Below, piece after piece: positions 28,855 through 38,510 of a DNA stretch of 64,000 nucleotides. The position numbers were made by a program, and so were the translations under genes. Position 1 is the first letter of the stretch, and every line of letters starts with the position of its first letter. The stretch is from a virus. Its lineage: Duplodnaviria > Heunggongvirae > Uroviricota > Caudoviricetes. The notes below the pieces were generated by a model. The model did not search any database. It saw only the letters and a program-made list of their open reading frames with translations, and had not been told where the DNA came from. The stretch covers positions 17,384-81,383 of IMG/VR virus record IMGVR_UViG_3300031087_000527; one strand, written 5' to 3'.

Positions 28855-29820
28855 ATGTGTAAAAAAACAGAAAACTTTATAGAGCGGGCGGTTGCTGTTC
28901 ATGGTAACCTTTATAGCTATGAAGAAGCTGTTTATATAAACAGTAGAACTAAAGTTAAAATTAACTGTAAAAGTCATGGTATTTTTGAGCAGCGAGCTGA
29001 TGACCATTTGGCGGGTAGAACTTGCTATGCGTGTTCAAAAGAAAAAAGAGTGGAAACTGATTTTGTGAGGAAGGCTATTGCTGTTCATGGCTCACGTTAT
29101 TCTTATGATAATGTTGTTTATGTTAACAATAAAACCAAAATAAAAATAACATGTGATAAGCATGGTGATTTTGAGCAGCGACCTCAAGAGCATTTGATCG
29201 GGCAAGGGTGTAGAGTATGTCAGTATGATGCGATCAGGTCTGATTCTGAGGCGTTCATTAATAAAGCAAAAGCTATTCATAAAGACAAATATGATTATAG
29301 TAAAGTGGTATATGCTTCTTCAAATAAAAAAGTGATGATTATTTGTGGTGTTCATGGAAAGTTCTTACAAAAAGCAGGCAATCATCTTTGTGGTGATGGG
29401 TGTCCAAAGTGCCGGGCATCAAAAGGGGAAGTTGCGGTATCTAATGCTTTAAAGGCTTATAATCTATCATTTAAAGAGCAAGCGAAGTTTATTGGATGTC
29501 GCAGTAAAAACGGCGTTCAGCTTAAGTTTGATTTCTCTATTGAATCATTAAACCTTTTGATTGAGTTTGATGGTAAGCAGCACTTTACTAAAGTAGAGAC
29601 ATTCGGTGGTTCTGAAGGATTCCTGCGTCAGAAAAGAAATGATGAGATAAAAAATCGTTATTGTGAATCTCGTGGTATTAGCTTGTTGCGGATTAAGTTC
29701 AATGAGAATGTAGATAATGCAATTGATCACATGCTGGAAGTCATTGAAAATAATGGTTATGGCTGTGTATTTTATGGAAGAGAGATTATCCATGAAAAAT
29801 GGGCTTCTTTAGCAGCTTAA
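28855..29820 (+). CDS. homing-endonuclease-like protein: three Zn-binding repeats plus a PD-(D/E)xK-type nuclease domain
   Basis: HG..Y.Y..V.Y....K..I.C..HG.F.Q....HL.G..C..C three times; FDF..LLIEFDGKQHF..D.IKN.YC. Confidence 0.75.
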   Translation: MCKKTENFIERAVAVHGNLYSYEEAVYINSRTKVKINCKSHGIFEQRADDHLAGRTCYACSKEKRVETDFVRKAIAVHGSRYSYDNVVYVNNKTKIKITCDKHGDFEQRPQEHLIGQGCRVCQYDAIRSDSEAFINKAKAIHKDKYDYSKVVYASSNKKVMIICGVHGKFLQKAGNHLCGDGCPKCRASKGEVAVSNALKAYNLSFKEQAKFIGCRSKNGVQLKFDFSIESLNLLIEFDGKQHFTKVETFGGSEGFLRQKRNDEIKNRYCESRGISLLRIKFNENVDNAIDHMLEVIENNGYGCVFYGREIIHEKWASLAA

Positions 29821-29880
29821 TGCTTGCACTTAAAGACAACAATAGCTATAATGATGGCTCACTTAATGAGGATGTGTCAG

Positions 29881-30210
29881 ATGATTGAAGAACGTCAGGA
29901 TTTAAGCAACGAGCGTTGCTCAGTGGATTTTGAGACACTGCACTATGCGCGTGTTGAGTTTTTCTTCTCGGAAGAAATTTTATTTGGTCGCGGTAAATAT
30001 GACAAAGATAGTCGCTGGGAAGTGTCTGACAAAATGGATGCAAAGATTGCTGAACTGCAGAAGAAATATCCATTGGTAGTCAATGATAACAGATATTGCA
30101 CTCAGAGTCATGGTTATCAGTTTTTCTCTTCTGATAAAGAACAGCTTGAGTGTTATGCAAAAGAACTGTCTACTTATTTCAAGCGTTTCAAGTGTATTGA
30201 TGCAGTTTAG
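29881..30210 (+). CDS. hypothetical protein (start corrected)
   Basis: GAGG RBS. Confidence 0.8.
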   Translation: MIEERQDLSNERCSVDFETLHYARVEFFFSEEILFGRGKYDKDSRWEVSDKMDAKIAELQKKYPLVVNDNRYCTQSHGYQFFSSDKEQLECYAKELSTYFKRFKCIDAV

Positions 30211-30230
30211 CTATTAATCAAGGACAAAAA

Positions 30231-30557
30231 ATGTATAACCTTTTTACTCTTCATAGTTTGTATTCCCTACTTATGTATGTGGCCTTGTTTGCGGTAATGG
30301 GGCCTCTTTTGGGTGCTTTTGATAAAGAAGTGAGAAAGAAGAAAAATGGTGTCAGAAACAGCATCATTACACTTTTGGTGATGGCGTTAATCACTCATAC
30401 ATTTACATGGATCATGAGCGAGCACACCATTCGTTCCAATCAAGAAGCTTGTGATAGTCATGCGTCTCAGGGCTATAAAATGCTGGGAGATTATTGCTAT
30501 CGTCCTGCGTTGCCTGGTGAATACATTAAGTATGAAGTTAAGGCGACTAAACTGTAA
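30231..30557 (+). CDS. 2-TM membrane protein
   Basis: Hydrophobic segments. Confidence 0.8.
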   Translation: MYNLFTLHSLYSLLMYVALFAVMGPLLGAFDKEVRKKKNGVRNSIITLLVMALITHTFTWIMSEHTIRSNQEACDSHASQGYKMLGDYCYRPALPGEYIKYEVKATKL

Positions 30558-30620
30558 TTTCTCTGGTGCATGATGGCTAGATCTGCTATCATGCATTTTA
30601 CCTTCTGACGAGGATACATC

Positions 30621-31025
30621 ATGGCAACGCGTTCAAACATTAACGTTAAAGTAGGCGAAAAGTATCATGTGGTATACTGCCACAATAACGGTTATCTTAG
30701 TGCTAACGGCAAACTGCTTTTGGAGCATTATAACTCGCAGGAGCTTGCTGAAAATCTGGTTTTTGGTGGCGACCTGTCTTACATTGATAAAAGTTGTGAT
30801 ACGCCTGGCAGTCATCATAGCTTTGACACTCCGGTTAAAGGATACAGTGTCTATTATGCGCGTGATCGCCTGATGGATGAAGAAAGCATTAAAATGCGCA
30901 TCTCTGATGAAGTTATTGATGAGCAGGAATATCTTTATGTGTGGGATGGCGAGCAGTGGCTGGTAAGCGGTCGTGATTATGAGGATATGCCTCTCAAGAC
31001 TGCTCTGGAAGAAGAACTGATTTAA
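30621..31025 (+). CDS. conserved phage/plasmid hypothetical protein (MxTRS type)
   Basis: MATRS.I...YCH.DGY-like motif, G..LLEHY, GDLS, EYLY.W. Confidence 0.8.
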   Translation: MATRSNINVKVGEKYHVVYCHNNGYLSANGKLLLEHYNSQELAENLVFGGDLSYIDKSCDTPGSHHSFDTPVKGYSVYYARDRLMDEESIKMRISDEVIDEQEYLYVWDGEQWLVSGRDYEDMPLKTALEEELI

Positions 31026-31075
31026 AAAACGTGCTCAAGATTTAATACATATTCGGGCTGTAAGAGGATAAAGGC

Positions 31076-31228
31076 ATGAAAACACAAGATTCGCCTTGGC
31101 AGAAAGGATTTCGTGATGGATTCACCTTTAAGGACAAACAAGTGTTTGATAATGATTTTGATCAGGAAGAATACGATAAGGGATTTTTTGATGGGCGAAC
31201 CGAATATTACGATGCAAGCGGAACCTGA
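31076..31228 (+). CDS. 50-aa protein not in the ORF track, with an RMF-like W/Y-x-x-G-F-x-D-G repeat
   Basis: MKTQDSPWQKGFRDG...EYDKGFFDGRTEYYDASGT; GAGG RBS, terminator. Confidence 0.7.
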   Translation: MKTQDSPWQKGFRDGFTFKDKQVFDNDFDQEEYDKGFFDGRTEYYDASGT

Positions 31229-31325
31229 AAGAAAATGATAAAAAGCTGCCTTCGGGTGGCTTTTTTGTTGCGTGCGAGTAATTGTTGTCATATAATAAAT
31301 TCACTGCTTATAGAGGATAAAACAA

Positions 31326-31529
31326 ATGACATTTAAGATGCATGAGAAGGTTGAAGGTCGCGGCTACTTTGTTGGTTATAAATGTAAAAATTGCGGTCGT
31401 TCTGAGGATGGGCACAAGGCTACAGGTCAAAACTGCGTGAAAGATGCGCGTAAGACCATTCAGGAATACTCAGCGGAAGTCTTTGAAGCCAATGAGAAAA
31501 AACCTGAATTCGTTAAGTTTATCATTTAA
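31326..31529 (+). CDS. small Cys/His protein
   Basis: CKNCG....H......C. Confidence 0.75.
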   Translation: MTFKMHEKVEGRGYFVGYKCKNCGRSEDGHKATGQNCVKDARKTIQEYSAEVFEANEKKPEFVKFII

Positions 31530-31537
31530 GGGCGATT

Positions 31538-31735
31538 ATGAACTTTCATGAGCGTAAGCAATATCGTGCAGATTATTATCATCGCTTTGTGTATGGTTAT
31601 AAGCTGCGAGAGTGTGGTGCTTGTGCAGGAAGTGGTCATTATGACAGCAATGGATCGCCTGCTTGTGGCTCCTGTTATGGAACAGGAAAAGAACGATACA
31701 AGGCGAAATCTTACGAAAGTGAACCCCAAAAATAA
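31538..31735 (+). CDS. DnaJ-type zinc-finger small protein
   Basis: CGACAGSG and CGSCYGTG. Confidence 0.75.
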   Translation: MNFHERKQYRADYYHRFVYGYKLRECGACAGSGHYDSNGSPACGSCYGTGKERYKAKSYESEPQK

Positions 31736-31753
31736 GTTTAAACAGAGCCGCCA

Positions 31754-31993
31754 TCAAGCGGCTTTTTTAATGGCTAAGAAACGCTTAGCGATATTCTTGG
31801 TAGCTTCATCTGAGTGCATATCATAGGCTATATCTCTGAAGCTGATATTTGCCATATAGTGGAGATAGAGTGTATACATTGGCTCTGCTGATAATCTCAG
31901 GCGTCCGGTCATAAAGAGGTCTTTAAGTCTCTCAGGATCGTCCCTGAAGATGTCTATAGCGATATTAAGTTGCTTGCTTTCTGATGCGTTCAT
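31754..31993 (-). CDS. hypothetical protein, C-terminus KAA
   Basis: AGGAG RBS on the minus strand; shares a terminator with 31538. Confidence 0.75.
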   Translation of the reverse strand: MNASESKQLNIAIDIFRDDPERLKDLFMTGRLRLSAEPMYTLYLHYMANISFRDIAYDMHSDEATKNIAKRFLAIKKAA

Positions 31994-32121
31994 GGTTTCT
32001 CCTTGTGCTTTAAAATCAGTCTATCATGCAGAGTCTGAGTTTGTAAAGACATCATGTTTTTATAGTATATCGCAGTATTGTCAGTTATAATGGCTTATCT
32101 TTAAAAACTTCTGAGGCTGCT

Positions 32122-32292
32122 ATGATCTTACTGTATGTTGTTCAAGAGAAAAATGAAAAAACCGGACGTGTTGAAGAGATCGTGAGCCACGGTATTAACG
32201 CTGAGACAGGTCAGAATGTGGTGCTACCCTGGGAGTCGCTAAAATCATTAGGAGCGCACTACTCACAGGAATATGGCTATTATCTACCTTAA
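32122..32292 (+). CDS. 56-aa protein not in the ORF track
   Basis: MILLYVVQEKNEKTGRVEEIVSHGINAETGQNVVLP...; TATAAT and GAGG RBS. Confidence 0.75.
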   Translation: MILLYVVQEKNEKTGRVEEIVSHGINAETGQNVVLPWESLKSLGAHYSQEYGYYLP

Positions 32293-32362
32293 TATGTTGT
32301 CTTTATTTTAGGTGTGATGTATAATAAGTACATAAACCGGAATAAATCACTGAGAGAACGAT

Positions 32363-32695
32363 ATGCAGATCTTAAAAATGGCGTCAGAGATGGTTGAGTC
32401 TTTCAATGAGAAGACAGATGCTTACCTGCAGAAACAGGCGGATAAACATGGTGTGAGCCTGGATGAATACAAGAAGTGGCTCAACAAACGTTATAAGATT
32501 GAGATGGGCCGGAAGTATCTCAAGATCTGGTATAGCAGCAACGAAAATAAATCCATCGTGATGTTTATTGATGAAAATGGTGATATCTTCAAGCCTGCTG
32601 GCGTTAATAAGGTTGCTGCAGGTATCCGTGGAAATATTGCCGATTGGCAATCATGCCTTAATATCCAGCCAAACTCTCACCTTGTATTTCTCTGA
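32363..32695 (+). CDS. conserved phage-type hypothetical protein
   Basis: GRKYLKI...FID.NGDI.KPA......RGNI. Confidence 0.8.
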   Translation: MQILKMASEMVESFNEKTDAYLQKQADKHGVSLDEYKKWLNKRYKIEMGRKYLKIWYSSNENKSIVMFIDENGDIFKPAGVNKVAAGIRGNIADWQSCLNIQPNSHLVFL

Positions 32696-32813
32696 CAAGC
32701 CGCCTCCGGGCGGTTTTTTAATGCCTAAGTTGGCATAACATATAAAGAAATCCTATTTGTAGTGAGCGCCTGATTTTGTATAATGAAGATATAGAAATCA
32801 GAGAGGTGTAATC

Positions 32814-33119
32814 ATGAAGCTATCCATTAGTGTTTTGCTGCAGCAAGAATGTGGTGGTTGGGCTAATGTGCTCTATCAGGTTCTGGATTCTTCACAAACG
32901 GAACGATACGATATTATCAGGAAAGAGCTTGTCAAAAAAATGGCTATTAAGCTTAATCGTCGTGAAAAAAAGCTGAAAAAGACGCATGTTTTATTAAGCG
33001 GTCAAGAACTTTTTGATAAAGGGCTTTCTACATTAAATGATTATTTTTCAGATATGCAGGTAAGTCAAGGAAGTAAGATGGAGATAATATTTAACGAGTG
33101 GAGCGATAAAAGCGCTTGA
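32814..33119 (+). CDS. hypothetical protein
   Basis: GAGGTG RBS. Confidence 0.75.
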   Translation: MKLSISVLLQQECGGWANVLYQVLDSSQTERYDIIRKELVKKMAIKLNRREKKLKKTHVLLSGQELFDKGLSTLNDYFSDMQVSQGSKMEIIFNEWSDKSA

Positions 33120-33175
33120 AGTGAAAACACGTTGTTGCTATAATCCTTTTAATCTAACAAACAGGATAAAATAAA

Positions 33176-33841
33176 ATGCACTCTGTTCTGACTTTTATGC
33201 GTGAAAAACGTTCTGAATATCACTCACAAGTGAACGAAATGAGAAAATCACTTAATGAGGAAATGGATCAAAAGCTGGCGAAGAATCTGGATATCTACAT
33301 GACCGATTCGGATGCGGAAGAAGGTGAGTCTGCATCTTTGCTGGATATTTTGAATGTATTGCGTAAACGCGTTGTGGTGCCAGCATCAATGAAACAGGAT
33401 TTTGAGTCGCTGGATAAAGTGCTGGCTGCATTGGAAGTGCGTGTTCGTGTGGGTGAAGATGACCGCCGTGAAGCAGTGAAGGATTTGAATGTAAAAATCG
33501 AGAAGCTGACTCAGAAAACTGCCAAAGAGTTGGGTGATGCGGTTGATTTTAACGAGCTACGCATTGTCGCTATCAAAGTGGGCAAGCTGGATAAAGCACA
33601 AGAGAAGAAGCTGCTTGAAGTAATGGCGGATGAAGGTTTCCCGGTCACGGAATCACATGAAGGTCAGTTTTATCGTTTTGTAGGTCGCCTGCATGATAAG
33701 CGTGGCCTTAAGAGCTTGTCTCATGTGGTGTTCAGTAAACTGGAAGGCAAGGTTACTGATGATCGCAATTTTATCTCTAACATCTCCACCTCAACCGTGG
33801 GTGTGAAAACTTTCCTCGAAGGAAAGCATTATTTCCTGTAA
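33176..33841 (+). CDS. hypothetical protein, family of 38511/39289/59034
   Basis: IK.GKL...Q......F...GF motif. Confidence 0.85.
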   Translation: MHSVLTFMREKRSEYHSQVNEMRKSLNEEMDQKLAKNLDIYMTDSDAEEGESASLLDILNVLRKRVVVPASMKQDFESLDKVLAALEVRVRVGEDDRREAVKDLNVKIEKLTQKTAKELGDAVDFNELRIVAIKVGKLDKAQEKKLLEVMADEGFPVTESHEGQFYRFVGRLHDKRGLKSLSHVVFSKLEGKVTDDRNFISNISTSTVGVKTFLEGKHYFL

Positions 33842-33962
33842 AACATGTTAATAAAGAAAAGGCCGCTTTGCGGTCTTTTTTATTTGTAGAAACGTAAATC
33901 TTGTTGTCTTTTCGTTTAAGTTTCGCTATAATCACTGGACTTAAATAACTGAGGAAAAGTAA

Positions 33963-34847
33963 ATGGTTGGTGGACTGTTAATGGTTCTGGACGATATTTT
34001 GACGATGACTAAAACGGCGGCAAGTAAAACTGTAGGTGTCTTAGGTGATGACCTTGCGTTGAATGCTGAGCAGGTCTCTGGTGTCAAACCCAATCGTGAG
34101 CTTCCTGTGGTGTGGGGTGTATTCAAGGGATCGCTGATTAATAAGCTAATTCTGGTGCCTGCTGCGCTGCTGATTAGCGTTTTTGTCCCGTGGTTAATGA
34201 TTCCCCTGCTGATGGTAGGTGGTGCCTTCTTATGTTTTGAAGGTGTGGAGAATCTCAAAGAGAAGTTCTTCAACAAAGAAAAGGTTCAGGCGCATCAGGA
34301 GCAACATCTGGCAAACCTGGAGCTTTCTAAAGAAGAGATGCTCAAGCAAGAGAAGAAAAAGATTAAAGGCGCTGTCAGGACTGACTTTATTCTTTCGGCT
34401 GAGATTATTGTGATCTCGCTGAGTGCGATTAGTGCTTATCCGCTGATGCAGAAGATTATCGCCCTAAGCATCTTAGGCGTAGGTTTTACGGTATTTGTGT
34501 ATGGTATTGTGGCCCTGATTGTAAAGCTGGATGATATTGGTTTCTGGCTGGACGCTAAAAAATCAGCAGTAGCAAAGCTGGTTGGTCGTGGCTTTATTAA
34601 CGTAGTGCCGTGGTTGATGAAAGCCCTGTCGCTGATTGGTCTGGTGGCGATGTTTTTGGTGGGTGGTGGTATCATTGTTCATGGCCTTCATCCCATTGCT
34701 GAGTTTATCACGCATATTTCTCCAGCAGGTTGGGCAGGTGCTTTAGTCTCAATGGGTGGAAATGCGGTAGTTGCTTTGGTAGTGGGTATTGTGATTGTGT
34801 TGATTCATGATCTGGTGCTAAAAATGATGGGGCGAAAAGCTCACTAA
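33963..34847 (+). CDS. yedI: DUF808 / YedI-family inner membrane protein
   Basis: LDDI..MTK.A..KT.GVLGDDLALNAEQV, RELPVVW.V.KGS..NK.ILVP, GAVRTDFILSAEI, MFLVGGGI. Confidence 0.9.
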   Translation: MVGGLLMVLDDILTMTKTAASKTVGVLGDDLALNAEQVSGVKPNRELPVVWGVFKGSLINKLILVPAALLISVFVPWLMIPLLMVGGAFLCFEGVENLKEKFFNKEKVQAHQEQHLANLELSKEEMLKQEKKKIKGAVRTDFILSAEIIVISLSAISAYPLMQKIIALSILGVGFTVFVYGIVALIVKLDDIGFWLDAKKSAVAKLVGRGFINVVPWLMKALSLIGLVAMFLVGGGIIVHGLHPIAEFITHISPAGWAGALVSMGGNAVVALVVGIVIVLIHDLVLKMMGRKAH

Positions 34848-34935
34848 CACAGAAAGCCATCTTCGGGTGGCTTTTTTATTGTATGGCATAAAGAGTTGCT
34901 GTATAATGGCAACAAATAAACCATGAGGTCTGAAA

Positions 34936-35496
34936 ATGTCGCGTTCATATTTTGTTCAGGAATATCGATTAGAAGGTGAGATGCTGCTTTACTCGCCACA
35001 TGTCGTATTGTTATCTGTAGATCCTGATACCTTTATTCTTGAGCTTTATGAAAAGCTGTATGCTTTCATGGCGACAGGAAAAGATATTGAGAGCAATGAT
35101 TTCATTGAAGTGTGTGGTGTTAGCGTTCGTCTTGCTGATGTATTAGAGCAAGGGATGGGCCAGTTTAACTATGAAATCAAAGATCCTGATATTATTGATC
35201 TGGATTCGGTAGAGCCGATTAAGATTGGTGAGCGCGGTGGCAATCTCTTTATGATGGAAAAGCGGGAGTATTTGCCGGATACTGAGGATGATTTTAATAT
35301 CCGTTTTATCCCGGTTGAGATTGACAGTCAAAAGACGTTTGAGGACGAGTTCAAAAAGGCTTGTGAAAAGTATGCGCGTCGTGGAGAAATCCATGTTGAG
35401 TTTTACGATCTTTATTTCAGTATGGATGATGTTTGTGAGTTCGAAAGAAATAAGCTGACTGTGTTTTATCCGCATTTGACAGCTATACCTCAATAA
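34936..35496 (+). CDS. hypothetical acidic protein
   Basis: Promoter, GAGGT RBS. Confidence 0.8.
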   Translation: MSRSYFVQEYRLEGEMLLYSPHVVLLSVDPDTFILELYEKLYAFMATGKDIESNDFIEVCGVSVRLADVLEQGMGQFNYEIKDPDIIDLDSVEPIKIGERGGNLFMMEKREYLPDTEDDFNIRFIPVEIDSQKTFEDEFKKACEKYARRGEIHVEFYDLYFSMDDVCEFERNKLTVFYPHLTAIPQ

Positions 35497-35535
35497 GCCA
35501 CCAGCAGGTAGCTATTTCTATTTAAAGGAGTGTGA

Positions 35536-36036
35536 ATGTATACAAAAGAAGAAAGGCTTGCTTTTTTAAATGATGCTCAGAGGGCGGCGCTAATTGAGAA
35601 AAGGGCATGGCTGGAAAAACTGGCGGGCGGCACAAAAGTTGAGCGGGATATTTCTATGCTTCTTCTTAGCAGTGCGAAAAGTTTTAAATCAATGAATGAT
35701 AACTCCATGAGTATGGTTTTTGATGCTATGGGGTTGGGCTATTTTTATGGTCTTGAGCTTCAGGAGTTATTGGTTGAATATGGCTTGCCTGATAGTAACG
35801 AGCGAAATATCGATGGCTATCCTGCGATCATTGAATATATTGGAAATACGCCGGACACTCAGATGACGGAAGTGTTATATATGATTCTTTGTCACTTGCG
35901 TTTATGCGTGAACTTTGCGGAGCGGAGTGATTCAAAAGAGGCTGCTGAGATCTTGGCTCCAGCGAAGGAGATGTTTGAGAAAGTAAAAGCAATCATCGGT
36001 TCAGAAAAAATCGATGTTAACTATTTAACAAAATGA
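35536..36036 (+). CDS. hypothetical protein
   Basis: AGGAG RBS. Confidence 0.8.
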   Translation: MYTKEERLAFLNDAQRAALIEKRAWLEKLAGGTKVERDISMLLLSSAKSFKSMNDNSMSMVFDAMGLGYFYGLELQELLVEYGLPDSNERNIDGYPAIIEYIGNTPDTQMTEVLYMILCHLRLCVNFAERSDSKEAAEILAPAKEMFEKVKAIIGSEKIDVNYLTK

Positions 36037-36043
36037 GGTATAT

Positions 36044-36514
36044 ATGAAAAAAGCATTATTGCTGTGCGTAGCGTTGGTGTTGACTGCTTGTGCTCAAAAT
36101 AAAGAAGTATCAAAAGATGTTCGATTTGAAAAAGGGAAGGTGCTTTCTGAGGCCTCGAAAACATGCTCTATGGAAATCATGGTTAAATCGGGACGGGACA
36201 TTATTTTCAAAAGGAATGAAAAGTGCTTAGAGAGTTTTGTAGTTAATATTGGGAAAAATAATCAGTTAGTGTGGAGTTATCAAGGGAGTATTGCTCCATC
36301 TTCTAATTCAGATAATATCACAGCCAAGATGGTTATGCTTATGTTTGGCGAAAAAATGATAGGTTATAGTGAAATGACAACCTCAAGAGGTGATTATATT
36401 GTGATGCCACAAGTGCCTGAGAGGGATGTTATACAATATGCTAACCTAAATCCGGGTAAGACTTATAATATAAGTTTTGAAGGACTTGATTTTTCTATTA
36501 CGATGAACAAATAA
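36044..36514 (+). CDS. putative lipoprotein
   Basis: MKK, hydrophobic stretch, LTAC lipobox. Confidence 0.8.
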   Translation: MKKALLLCVALVLTACAQNKEVSKDVRFEKGKVLSEASKTCSMEIMVKSGRDIIFKRNEKCLESFVVNIGKNNQLVWSYQGSIAPSSNSDNITAKMVMLMFGEKMIGYSEMTTSRGDYIVMPQVPERDVIQYANLNPGKTYNISFEGLDFSITMNK

Positions 36515-36577
36515 AAAGATTGTGCATTCCATTTATTGGCGTTATAATGGATTATTAACTGCGAAAAGGAAAGTAAA

Positions 36578-37045
36578 ATGGAACAAAAGTCAGATGTGAT
36601 GAAAAAGCTCAACGGTAAGCTGCGCGTGTTAAAGCATAATCCGTTGTTCAAGTTCAAGGAGTTCAACACCTCAGCGGCTCGTCATGAGAGCAAAAGTGAG
36701 AAAGATGATTACGTGCTTATCCTGAACCTGCAGGATGGTAGTCGTGATAGTCTTGCGATCTCTGTTAACTATAAAGGTAAAACTGAGGAAGACGCTACGG
36801 TTGTGGTTAGTTGTGCCAAAGCTGTGCATGATCCACTTGCTGGTTTCTATGGCGCTTATCGATCAGAAAATATTGTGCGTTCAGAGCCACTATCATTTGA
36901 TGAGTTTTCTCTGTTGCTCAATGGTTTTAATTGTGTGCTTCAAGCGCCAGAGTTTGAGAAAAAGAACGTGGTCAGAGATTTTTGTGAGTTAATGGAAGTA
37001 GATGGCCCGGAAGAAATAGTAATGAGTCGTCCAAGAATGCGTTAA
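36578..37045 (+). CDS. hypothetical protein
   Basis: Promoter, RBS; ends SRPRMR. Confidence 0.8.
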   Translation: MEQKSDVMKKLNGKLRVLKHNPLFKFKEFNTSAARHESKSEKDDYVLILNLQDGSRDSLAISVNYKGKTEEDATVVVSCAKAVHDPLAGFYGAYRSENIVRSEPLSFDEFSLLLNGFNCVLQAPEFEKKNVVRDFCELMEVDGPEEIVMSRPRMR

Positions 37046-37079
37046 GCAATAAAGAAAAGCCTCTTTTGAGGCTTTTTTA

Positions 37080-37439
37080 TTAGAGGTCTAAAAGTTGGTC
37101 TAAAAGAGAGTTATCAATAGAGCATTTCCACGGTTTGAGAAAATCAGCAAGGTCATCTACTTCAATGGTTTGATAATCAAAATCATCATCCTCAGAAAAG
37201 GCTTCACACCATTTTTCATCGGCATCTTTTCCGTTAACATCATATAAGTCGCGATCTATCTGAACGACCATGTGGGAATACCAATCAAGATCATCTGAAG
37301 CATCGTGGCGTATAATGGCAATAAGTTTTCCGCCAAAACGTTTTAAGAAGGCTAAGGCAAAAGTATGGCATTGCCCATGTTCGAAAATAGTCGGGTCGAA
37401 AGTTGTATTTGCCTTTTCTAAAAAACACTGAATATTCAT
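37080..37439 (-). CDS. Cys-His-Asp triad (papain/transglutaminase-like) protein
   Basis: GQCHTFA, SHMVV, LYDVNG. Confidence 0.65.
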   Translation of the reverse strand: MNIQCFLEKANTTFDPTIFEHGQCHTFALAFLKRFGGKLIAIIRHDASDDLDWYSHMVVQIDRDLYDVNGKDADEKWCEAFSEDDDFDYQTIEVDDLADFLKPWKCSIDNSLLDQLLDL

Positions 37440-37505
37440 AGTAGCTCCTATTTTGATTGGCTGTATTATATCAAAACAGTATTTTAAAATAAACGTTTAT
37501 TTAAA

Positions 37506-38108
37506 TTAAAGTGGATAACAGGAGATTATTAGACCCTCATAATCAGCAATGGTATAGCGAGTATTATTTTCTTCATGAGAAAATGTTCTAAAAGTTATTT
37601 TCCCCAGCTTGAACTTTCTTTTTCTTTTTAATAGATGTGGTTCCACTGAAAATGTATCTGATAAATGTTTTTTCAAAAAAGCTGTATCGATTTTATTTAT
37701 TTGGTGTTCAGGGTTAGAAAGCGATTTGCCTAGAACAATACTCACGACTTCAATAAGTTGTTTTTCAGAGATTTCATCATTAGGGAGAGCGGCGCAATAA
37801 CCTTCCAGATGATAAGGATCAAATAAATCATTATCTGTTAGAGGTTTAAATAATACTTCTGCAATTAAGCCCATATTATGTGATGAGTCTAAGTATTTTC
37901 CGTTTGTTAAAAAACCAAACATAAATGCCGGACAGTCATCCTCGTATTCGAGTTCACCTAAGATTATTGACTGATAATCATTAATGGTTTCAATTTCATA
38001 CTCATCAAAGTCTGGATCATTTTCTTTTACATATTTTTTGACCCATTCAATATCATAAAGTGGGAGTGTTATATTTAGTTGTTTTTCTTTTATTTGTTTC
38101 CAGTTCAT
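37506..38108 (-). CDS. hypothetical protein
   Basis: AGGAG RBS on the minus strand. Confidence 0.75.
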   Translation of the reverse strand: MNWKQIKEKQLNITLPLYDIEWVKKYVKENDPDFDEYEIETINDYQSIILGELEYEDDCPAFMFGFLTNGKYLDSSHNMGLIAEVLFKPLTDNDLFDPYHLEGYCAALPNDEISEKQLIEVVSIVLGKSLSNPEHQINKIDTAFLKKHLSDTFSVEPHLLKRKRKFKLGKITFRTFSHEENNTRYTIADYEGLIISCYPL

Positions 38109-38217
38109 GTGCGCTCCTATTTTAAAAAAGAATAATTGAAAACTTGTGCATGATCAAGCTTTTTGCTATACTTACTTTATTGAAACGACATGATTATCTT
38201 AAAAAGAGGAAATCAAA

Positions 38218-38427
38218 ATGGGCTTTAAGCTGAACATTGTAACGATTGATGATGGTGAGATTGAAGAGATTTTGGGCAGTGCTAACGATGCGCTGGATTA
38301 CCTTTGCGACAAGGTTGATCCTGAGCTGGTTAGTCAAATGAAACTGACCACGCCATCTGGTCATGAAGTATCTGGCTACTGTGCGATTTGTGAATGGTTG
38401 GTAAAATCGGAGCGAGTTAAAGCTTAA
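38218..38427 (+). CDS. small acidic protein
   Basis: Promoter, GAGG RBS. Confidence 0.8.
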   Translation: MGFKLNIVTIDDGEIEEILGSANDALDYLCDKVDPELVSQMKLTTPSGHEVSGYCAICEWLVKSERVKA

Positions 38428-38510
38428 AGTTGATATAAGATAGCCGCCCGTATGAGCGGCAGTAAACCTATTAATGTTAGCAAATAAAAAACACAGCAAA
38501 GGTAAATAGC

